Part shown: positions 12,246 through 20,000 of the stretch, in pieces
Layout: each line of letters starts with the position of its first letter
Numbering within the stretch: the stretch's first letter is position 1
From: Chiloscyllium plagiosum
Lineage: Eukaryota
Reading direction: 5' to 3'
Assembly (NCBI RefSeq): GCF_004010195.1
Contig: NC_057750.1
Coordinates: forward strand, 15,580,619 to 15,600,618
Length of the DNA stretch: 20,000 nt
Position numbers and translations under genes: made by a program
Notes under the pieces: generated by a model
What the model was told of the DNA's origin: nothing
The model's input: the letters and a program-made list of their open reading frames with translations, nothing else
Databases searched by the model: none

Positions 12246-12654
12246 CTGACGGTACAACACTTGGGTGAATAAACTTTTTTTTCCCTTTTATTTTTTTTTA
12301 AACTGATGTTACCCATTGCTTTTGGGTCCAGAAAATATATGGCAGGTGTTCCAAGAAGTAGTGGAATGTTTGGGATGTGGGTTTTGGGATACTGAGGGGC
12401 AGGGGATGGGATTGGGGGAGTGAATGCAATTCTCAAGTCTGCTTGGATGTGCCAAACAGTCTGATCTCTATCCTTTTTTAAAAAAGACTTTAGTCCCAGA
12501 GTATGTGTTTCAGAGGGGTCTGCTTACCTGATGTCTTGAGAGTTTTACTCTGTGCCACAGAGAACAATGGATTCTGCTGACCCTATTTGCTGTCCACTCC
12601 ATTTCAAATTTGCCACAGCAGGTGGACCTTCTTAAGGGAACAGCATCTTTTTAG

Positions 12655-13150
12655 AAATATTCATAGCACTGAAGTGGTCCATTTAGTCTACTGATGATAC
12701 CACTTTTATTTGTGGAGCAGTTCTGTTGGTCCCAATCTGCGGATCTATCCTATCCTTTGCAAGTTTATTTCATTCAAGTTCCCATCCTTTTTTTTTTTTT
12801 GTTGAAATAATTGATGGTATCTAATTTCACCACACTTGAGGGCTGCAAGTTTCAGGCCATTACTACTTGCTGTGGAGAAATTTCTCTCCACTTCACGTGG
12901 CTTACCCAAAATCCTTTAAAATCTGTATTATAAGACTTTGTGCTATCAATGTATGGGGGCAGTTTCTCCTAAATCCAAACCTATCATAATCTTCTATACC
13001 TCTCTCAACGCCCCTTGTACATGCAGAATAACCCCAACTCATCCAATTTTACCTTTGTAGTTATAATTCCCCTTTCCAGGAACCATTCTGGCAAGTCTTC
13101 TCTGCACTCTTTTTTTTTTCAAGGGCCTTCTCATGCTTTCTAAAGTCCTA
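12655..13150 (-). mobile_element. Decayed CR1-type LINE, 3' portion, minus strand
   Basis: Minus-strand peptide RVQRRLARMVPG (CR1 consensus RVQRRFTRMxPG) in ORF 13039-13278, with a CR1-like 3' tail near 12660-12690. Confidence 0.75.
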
Positions 13151-13639
13151 CCTACCTCCCTCCCTTCCCTCTTTGGTGCAACGTCTCTGCGTTTGTGTTC
13201 AATATTTCTCTGAAGCCATACATTCCAAATCCTTTCCTCTTCAGGAGAGACAGTAATGCACATACATCTTTGGGTCACCTTTTTTTTTTCAAAAGGAAAT
13301 ATCTATATTATTTTTTTATTTGCTACTCTTTACTCTCATTTTACCTTACTCTATCATCATTTATACCGTTGAAGGTAACACTAATCCAATTCTGATTATG
13401 TACTTTGGTCTTCTGCATTACTAGTCTAAACACGTACTCCTACAATGATCGCTGTTTGCCATGTTTTTCCTGCAAGCACTTGGTACATTTTGTTTCTTCT
13501 CGCTTGCTAGCACAAGGTCCAGCAATCGTCCTTTTCAACTTCAGTTGAGAGCTGACTAAAGGTTCTCTGAACACTTCAGAAATTCTTCCCCCTCCTTACC
13601 TTTCACTCTTAGTATCTTCACTTGAGCATAATGAATTCC

Positions 13640-13760
13640 CTGTTCTGAAGAAGGGTCCCTGCCTCAATGTTTAATTCTGCTTTCCCTCAGCAGATCCTGC
13701 TGGACCTGCATAGTATTTTCCAGCAATTTCTATTTTGCTTGATTTCCAGCATTTTTTGGG
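13640..13760. mobile_element. Penelope-like terminal repeat fragment, opposite orientation to 11522-11672
   Basis: TTCTGAAGAAGGGTC...CAGATCCTGCTGGACCTGC...TTTTCCAGCAATTTC is the reverse-complement counterpart of TGCTGGAAAA..GCAGGTC.GGCAGCATC. Confidence 0.55.
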
Positions 13761-13941
13761 TTTTTTAAGCTTTTGAGCAATTAGTTTGTCTGGATTTTTT
13801 TTTTCAAGCTGCTAAAATTTGCTGTTTGTGCAGCTGCTTGATATCTCTGGTTTAGTAGAATTATGGAGAGTTTAGAAGTATTGTTTAATAGGTGGATAAT
13901 GGTGAAACATTCTGCACTTTTTTTTCTTTGTTTCCAAATAG

Positions 13942-15202
13942 CACCAAAGCCACTGGAAACCCAAGATGTTGCCAAAATTGAGACTAGTTCAATTGCAATT
14001 CCCACAAACAAAACAAATGAAGTTGACACTGGACTTGATAAAGAAATTACTGCAGTGGAGGTTCCCCCTGCAGCCCCTCTGGCTGAGGTTAGAACAGTTG
14101 GTGCTGAAGCTCCTCCTTTGAAGCAGAGACCAACTCGTGCTGAAAGTTTGCTGGATGTATCAGAAGAACAATTATCTGTAGTTTGTGCCTCAATGAAGGG
14201 TAGAATCAAAGAAGAAACTTCCATCGTTTCCTGTAAAGGGAATATTACCCCAAAAAATGAAAGTGAGGCTATGGTTACTAAAGAGAAGAATTCATCTGTT
14301 GTTCTGATAGATTTTTCTGAGGAGATCACCCACATAACCAGTAATTCCAAAGAGCAGGCAGTAACTGAAGAGGTCACAGCTCGAGTCCAAGAGGGAGGAA
14401 TTTATGAGGCGACAAAGTTAGTTGTACCCTTTAACCACCTTGAATCTACAGTGGATTGTTCTGCACAGAAAGCTACAGTAGGAGTTACGTTACCAGAATT
14501 ATCCTCCTCCAGAGAAGATGTTCAAGAGATCTTTGTACATAAGTCAAAAGAGGAGTCTGTCACTGAAATCAGATCAGCAGGAGCTCCTGAGGAGCAGAAA
14601 CCAGTTGGAGTAAGCCAGCTTGATGCTCCAAAATGTGAAGGAGCTGAAGAGACCACTGTCAAAATGGTGGCTGCTCCTGGAAAGGCCGTTCTTTTTGACT
14701 CCAAGATAAGGGATTGTTCTGAACCTGATGCTTCATTTAAACCAGAAGCCAGATTAATGGATGTAGCCCAAGATAGTCTGGCTAGGGAGGAGAGTGTGAC
14801 TGAGGCTTGTGTGACAGGATCATTGGAAGAGGTCACTCTGGCTGCATTGAGGACACCAGATCCTTTTGAAAGGGATGCAGCAGGTAAGGTAGCAGTTACT
14901 GGTACAACAAGTGCTTTTACGGAAGATATCCTCAAAACTGATACTGTTCTCCAAGAAACTTCAAAAGAGAAATTCAACACAGTTTATCCATCTCTGGAGT
15001 GTGGACCAGTTGTAACTAGTTTGGCTGGTGCATCTAAAGAGAATGGAACTGCTGACCGTGGTAAAATGGATACATCTCCAAGAGGCAGACTGGCTACAGA
15101 GGAACGCAAGGGGCTTTCCCAAGTACGTGGTGATGATCAGGACTGCACCAAATCAACTGACCTGTTAAAAATCCAAGATCCTTTTGCACACTTACCAAAA
15201 AG
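13942..15202 (+). CDS. eef1g: EEF1G-like gene, greatly expanded exon 7 equivalent (about 420 aa acidic linker ending in DPFAHLPK)
   Basis: Stop-free over 1261 nt (within ORF 13863-15206). Strong T-rich tract + TAG (13939-13941) acceptor in phase 1, matching exon 6. Ends with the EEF1G signature DPFAHLPK and donor AG|GTAAGG in phase 2, matching the next exon. The 3' boundary is very secure; the 5' boundary is inferred from the acceptor and frame. Confidence 0.87.
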
Positions 15203-15339
15203 GTAAGGGTGGGTTGCATGGAGGAATTGGTGTTTCATATTCTAGGTTACATTTATTTGGTCATTTTTTTTTTTTTGGTTTCTAAAACACTGTTTTAGTG
15301 TTTTATGGTCACTTCCATGTTTTATGAAATTTTTAAACA

Positions 15340-15505
15340 GGTGGGGCCTGAACCTGGGTCTTCTAGCCTAGGGGTACTGGCACTACCACTGCCATAACAG
15401 CCCTCCAGATTTCCGTATCAATCATGGTGAAATTCGAGCCCATGTCTCCTGCTCATGAGACTAGGGGTCTGGATTATGCAGTGACGTTATCACACTTCCA
15501 CCTTC
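15340..15505 (-). mobile_element. tRNA-derived SINE head fragments (two adjacent), minus strand
   Basis: The reverse complement shows A-box-like (GGCAGTGGTAG) and B-box-like (GGTTCAGGCCC; GGCTCGAATTTC) motifs. Confidence 0.5.
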
Positions 15506-16184
15506 CCAAAAATTACGCAAATAGTTTTACAAAGGGTCCTTGTCCTCTGCACGTGAGTGTGCACACCATTTCCAGGCAAGGCACCCTGGATTGATGTAGT
15601 GACCTTGGAGGAGATTGCAATTCAATTTTTGGCCTCTTGTATTTTGGAGATTTAAGGGAAAATTGAGTTGAGAGCTTTCAGATAAGCAGGTCAGATCATT
15701 TCATTTTCCTGTGGGGAGTCCCGAATAAGGTCTAATCTCTTAATTTGGGGGTGAAATGCAAAGAACTTCAAGAATAATTCAGATCCTCCATTCATTATGC
15801 ACATAACTACAGCTAGGGGTTAATTTAAATTCAAAACTGAAATTGTTAGATTTATGCTCAGCGAGGATGTTGAGAGTCACGGGTTCTAGTAGGCAAATAT
15901 TATGTACTTGACTGGCAGGAAACCAAGGAGCTGACTAGCCCCCACCCACTAGATCCCCTATAATCTCCAATATTAATTTGGGACAGACTGAAATAGTTTT
16001 AGCTGCTTAAAATCCTCCTGTAGCACTTTGGTCAAAAAAAGTGATCAAACGATGTGATTCCAAAAGTGTAAGACCAACCAATTCCTAGTATTGATTCTAG
16101 ATAATGTGGACTGTATTGTTTGTCCTGTTTGTTCACTGTTGAATAATAGTCTTGGTAGTTTGAAAATCTTTGCATCTTTTTCAG

Positions 16185-16351
16185 TGTCTTTGTTCTGGAT
16201 GAGTTCAAGTGGAAGTACTCGAATGAGGATATCCGTTCTGTCGCACTCCCTTATTTGTGGGACCACTTTGATAAGGATGGTTGGTCTGTGTGGTACATGG
16301 AGTACAAGTACCCCAGTGAGCTCTGTCTGGATTGCAGCAGTTTAATAACTG
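16185..16351 (+). CDS. eef1g: EEF1G-like gene, exon 8 equivalent (EF1G C-terminal domain)
   Basis: Acceptor tctttttcag| and donor G|GTCAGT; 167 nt, phase 2 to 1. Encodes (S)[55 protein letters not shown](G). Not in the ORF track in this frame; translated by hand. Confidence 0.96.
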
Positions 16352-16524
16352 GTCAGTAAACTGGGAAGCAGAAGGGAGATGTGATCAACTTGGTGTTTTG
16401 AGGATATAGTTTTGTCATAACTGTTGCTTGTCAGTTCTCCAGGATTATCTTGAAGTTTCAGAATGAGATTAATCTTCTGATACGAACTTAGGATGTTGCT
16501 TTTGCGAGCTGGGCTAGTATTTGA

Positions 16525-16617
16525 GCGCTAAAGAGTCATCTAGACTCAATGGTAGCTTACTGTCTCTCCATGGATGCTGCATGACCTGCTGTGATTTCCA
16601 GCAATTTTTGTTTTCAG
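16525..16617. mobile_element. Penelope-like terminal repeat fragment
   Basis: GGATGCTGCATGACCTGCTGTGATTTCCAGCAATTTT is the reverse complement of the motif at about 19845-19880. Confidence 0.55.
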
Positions 16618-17471
16618 ACTAGCATTTATTGCCTATCCCAAACTGTCTTAAACCATTGCAGTCCATAATATGGGGAACATTTAATAAACTTGTTCTCATC
16701 ATCCGATCAATCATATAAAGACAAGTAAAATCCTGTTAAACATTTTTTTGCAGTGAATTTAATGTTTATTTTAAGAGTTCACTGTCATGCTATAGCCATC
16801 CTTCTTTCATCTTTCTCTCATGTCCACACCTCCACTCAACTTCCCTAAAGATCCCAGCTTCCTCTTCCAAACTGTATCTGTCCCCTCCCAACACCCATCT
16901 AGAGCCCAGTGACCAAAGCTGGGGAGTAGTGGAGGCCATTCCTCAGTAAGAGTGGTGTGAGAAGCTCCAACTATAAATAAAAACAATTAACCACCCAGAA
17001 AATGCAGGCAGCCCAACTATTATTGATCAGATTGGATAATTCAGGTCCGGTTGGTTAATCAGCAGTTTCTTTTGGGAAGTTGAAGTCCCTGAGAATTGGA
17101 GTTGACAAATGGCAAGAGATTTGGGATGGGGCAGAGGATGACAGGCATGTAATGAAACCAGAGCTAGCTATTGGCATTTCACTGCCTGTATTGGCTACAG
17201 AACCTTGGTTTGTTTTTAATGGTGTAGAGATTTTAAAATGTAAAATTTTTTTTCTTTAACTTCCTCAGGACAGCAAGATAAGCATTCAGTTCTTGTCTGT
17301 CTCACTGGTTTCAGGAACTCTAATTTTTGGGTTTTTTTTTTAATGATGATTGGGATGTCCTCTAAATTGAAGATGTCACCGAACCAAATCCTCTTGTGCG
17401 CAAATGACTGGGCCAGTGAAGTATTCTTGCTGGCTGATCCTCTTTTTTTGTTATTCTGAAATTGGTTGCAG

Positions 17472-17596
17472 GGCTATTCCAGCATTTGGATAGTCTACGG
17501 GACTACAGCTTTGCTAGCGTGATCCTCTTTGGCACCGGTGGTGACAGCTCCGTCTCTGGGATTTGGATTATGCGGGGACAGCAACTTCTTCCTGAA
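17472..17596 (+). CDS. eef1g: EEF1G-like gene, exon 9 equivalent (EF1G C-terminal domain)
   Basis: Acceptor ttgcag| and donor GAA|GTAAGA; 125 nt, phase 1 to 0. Encodes (G)[41 protein letters not shown], matching [42 protein letters not shown]. Confidence 0.96.
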
Positions 17597-17869
17597 GTAA
17601 GAATGTGACCAGTTGAGGTCTTTTGGTTTTTTTATCTGAGATGAAATTGAAGAGGGAGGTGATGAATGGGAAGTAATTTTCAGTTGCTAATTTTGCACTT
17701 GTCCTAAAGGTGCTGACTTCTGACCAGAAATTGGATTCTTGTCAACAGCCCTTGCTGTGGCACCTACCCCTCCTCCTTTATTTAACCTTGGTGGATTGTG
17801 AAGAGTTTTTCCTTGATGACTTCATGGTCATGTGGAACCTATTTCTGATTTTGGGAGTGGAGGGGATGT

Positions 17870-18082
17870 TGGCATAATGGGAATGTGTCTGGGTTACTAG
17901 TCCAGTGACAAAGCTAATACTCTGGGGTCTGAGCCCCATTTCCCCATTACTACAAATGGGAAATTTTGAGTTAATTCCAGATCCATTAATTGAAAAGCTA
18001 GTTGTTTACAATAGTCAACAATGGCTTTATGGTTAAAAACCCATTTTGATTCACTGGTGTCCCCTTTAGGGAACTGAAATAT
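17870..18082 (+). mobile_element. Decayed tRNA-derived SINE
   Basis: TGGCATAATGG A-box-like head and body motif AAAACCCAT.T.G.TTCACT..TGTCC..TTAGGGAA resembling shark SINE bodies (by recall). Confidence 0.5.
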
Positions 18083-19357
18083 ATCATTCACATGCACAGC
18101 AATGTAATTGATTCTGAAATGATGTTGATTGGGGTGGGGGTTTGGAATCAAATCTAACCACTATGGATTTTGAAAAAAGAAATGGAAACTCAAGTGAATC
18201 ATCTGGCATTGACCAAGCCACTAGTAATGACACTGTCCTCATGACCAACATCAGGGGCTTGTGCCAAAATTGAGTGCAGTTCCACAGATGGGTCAAGCTA
18301 TTGTCTGACTAATATCCCAGTCATACCATGCTGGGTATGTCCTGTCATAGTCATACAGCCCTGACACAGACCCTTCAATCCAATCATAATCTCAAACTAA
18401 ACTAGCCCCACCTACCTGTGCTTCGTCCATATCTGGGACAAATCCATAGAGGTGGATCAGGAAACAGTTGCACTGGGAGACTTTGAACTTGTAGGGCCTC
18501 AGCATCAGGACAAATCTCCTCAGCAAAGAAAGCTGATGATTACCAATTGCCTTCTGTTTAATGTTTGGTCAGTGGTAACCCCCAGGATGCCATCAAATGT
18601 CAAGGGGTAATGATTACATTTATCTCCTCCTTTTTTGGAAACAATACCTTGCTTTTGTGTTGCGTAAATATTAGTTACTGACCTGGGATGGGCATAAAAT
18701 GGTTTGTGTAAAGTCTTTGAAGTGGTCGTCAGGAACACATACCTCCATGCCTGCTCTTTGTTCTTCTTGCCCCAGATGCCAAAACCCATTCTGGAGTTAT
18801 AGCTGAATAGAATCCATTCTTTCAGCAAATCTTAAACCAGAGGCCTTCTAATTGGGCTTGTGAGAATGCATTCTTCCTTGCTTGATTCCCTGGTTTAACT
18901 TTTTAGTGGTCTCAGTGCTATATCCTTTTTTTGGTTTTGTTAATCAAGATGACCTGAGTGAACTTCAATTCCCAGTTGTGACTTGCAGCATCCTCACCTC
19001 TCCCTTCACCTGCGAAGAGAACCTTAAGTCCTTGCTGATTGACAGTAATTGCTGCCGCTTTGCAGCTTTGTGGTGTTACCATTTTGACCACATCTGATGC
19101 ATCTCTGCTCCTCCTGTTTTTACCCTTCTTGGATGTGATCTTAGGACGATACCCTTGAGTTTTCCAGGGTGTGTGTAACAGGTGGGAGGTATGATCCTGA
19201 GTGCAGTCTAACTGGAATCCTCAGTTCTTAGCTTTGGAAGGCTGAGGATATTGTCTTGTGTATCCTGCTGTGCTAAAATCATGTATTTTCTCCCAGTGGC
19301 CCACTTGCTTGCTGCTGCTGTTCCACTAGCTCTGATTTATATGGTTTTCCTGTCTAG

Positions 19358-19516
19358 TTAAATGAAGACTGGCGTGTAACCTGTGAGTTGTATTCCTGGA
19401 AGAAGTTGGATATAGACACTGATGAATGCAAGACCATGATTAATGAGTACTTTATGCTGGAAGGAGCATTCCAACACGTGGGGAAACCCTTCAATCAGGC
19501 AATAATCTTTAAGTAG
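19358..19516 (+). CDS. eef1g: EEF1G-like gene, last coding exon (exon 10 equivalent) with stop codon
   Basis: Acceptor ttttcctgtctag|; 159 nt encoding LNEDWRVTCELYSWKKLDIDTDECKTMINEYFMLEGAFQHVGKPFNQAIIFK* (TAG 19514-19516), matching the EEF1G C-terminus EGAFQHVGKAFNQGKIFK*. Confidence 0.96.
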   Translation, partial: LNEDWRVTCELYSWKKLDIDTDECKTMINEYFMLEGAFQHVGKPFNQAIIFK

Positions 19517-19671
19517 CAGCACACACTAGTTGTTGCTCTGTGCCCTCTGAACTAGCTGGTTTCTTTCACTACTGAATCTTACCTTTCTGAATATTACACT
19601 GGTGCTGTGTAAATCTAGGGCTGATATGCAGCAAGTGTTTTGTCTTTTTTTAATCTATGGATGGAAGAAAA

Positions 19672-19677
19672 ATTAAA
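19672..19677 (+). terminator. Candidate polyadenylation signal (ATTAAA) of the EEF1G-like gene
   Basis: Common variant hexamer about 155 nt after the stop codon; no AATAAA seen between the stop and the window end. Not verified by transcript data. Confidence 0.45.
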
Positions 19678-19834
19678 GCATTTGAAAACTGACCGAAAAC
19701 TCATTCTTTTACAAAACTGAGAGATTAGCCATAAACTCTTCCTCACCCATGATGTAGGACTAATTTCCTAACTTGCTTTTGGTCAGGTGAGTAAAAGGAA
19801 TGAATGGTGCTGCTTGACGAAGCATTTAAAATGC

Positions 19835-20000
19835 TGAAAATGTGTTGCTGGAAAAGCGCAGCAGGTCAGGCAGCATCCAAGGAACAGGAGAATCGACATT
19901 TCGGGCATAAGCCCTTCTTCAGGAATGAGGAAAGTGTGTCCAGCAGGCTAAGATAAAAGGTAGGGAGGAGGGACTTGGGGGAGGGGCGTTGGAATGGCGA
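19835..20000. mobile_element. Penelope-like element end, apparently little decayed, truncated by the window end
   Basis: GAAAATGTGTTGCTGGAAAAGCGCAGCAGGTCAGGCAGCATCCAAGGAACAGGAGAATCGACATTTCGGGCATAAGCCCTTCTTCAGGAA has related degenerate copies at about 5090-5120, 11522-11672, 13640-13760 and 16525-16617. It resembles a high-copy bamboo-shark repeat (by recall). Confidence 0.65.

Larger units (their letters stand above)
11412..12532. repeat. Inverted repeat pair with arms at about 11412-11496 and 12431-12532
   Basis: AAAAGGATAGAGATCAGACT (11450-11469) is the exact reverse complement of AGTCTGATCTCTATCCTTTT (12458-12477). Similarity extends on both sides (TCAGGTA..CAGACCCCT.TGAAA outward; ACATCCA..CAGA.TTGA inward). 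Confidence 0.85.

Noticed and set aside
4085..13150. Oppositely oriented CR1 copies flanking exons 5-6 as a circRNA driver
   Set aside because: The copies are heavily diverged, and such arrangements are expected by chance at this repeat density.
13863..13941. ATG at 13863 as the start of a stand-alone 447-aa gene
   Set aside because: This stretch is the polypyrimidine tract and acceptor of intron 6 (it translates as LFFLCF). The ORF also ends in a splice donor right after the EEF1G motif DPFAHLPK, so it is an internal exon.
13781..14980. Antisense ORFs of 198 aa (13781-14377) and 152 aa (14522-14980)
   Set aside because: Shadows of the long + strand coding exon, with no recognisable domain.
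16091..16345. 84-aa ORF overlapping exon 8
   Set aside because: It is in a different frame from the EF1G-homologous translation and has no independent support.
17659..17723. GTGATGA...CTGA pair in intron 9 as a C/D snoRNA
   Set aside because: Very short, with a poor terminal stem, no clear C'/D' boxes and no convincing guide adjacent to the D box.
18225..18560. Possible LINE endonuclease-region fragment with a nested short CR1 tail
   Set aside because: Too decayed to support boundaries or family from the sequence alone.
402..19516. Pseudogene interpretation
   Set aside because: No stops or frameshifts in 2129 nt of spliced CDS, and all splice sites are canonical. Exons upstream of the window cannot be assessed.

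Overview
Vertebrate genomic DNA, most likely from a cartilaginous fish (inferred from the repeat families). The window holds the last seven coding exons of a + strand eEF1B-gamma (EEF1G)-family gene: 402-544, 6135-6278, 11054-11183, 13942-15202, 16185-16351, 17472-17596 and 19358-19516. All introns are GT-AG and phase-consistent, giving an uninterrupted 2129-nt frame (about 709 aa in the window) that ends at TAG 19514-19516. The N-terminal exons lie upstream of the window. The gene looks like a divergent paralog rather than canonical EEF1G. The exon for the linker between the GST-like domain and the C-terminal EF1G domain is 1261 nt instead of about 200 nt. It encodes a roughly 410-aa acidic, probably disordered insert with degenerate internal repeats. 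Several normally conserved C-terminal-domain motifs are also altered. The introns are filled with decayed CR1-type LINEs, SINE fragments and Penelope-like termini, plus a local direct repeat flanking exon 6 and an inverted repeat in intron 6. Comparisons to human EEF1G and rRNA are from memory, not from a search. Exon numbers follow the human gene, and repeat boundaries are approximate.
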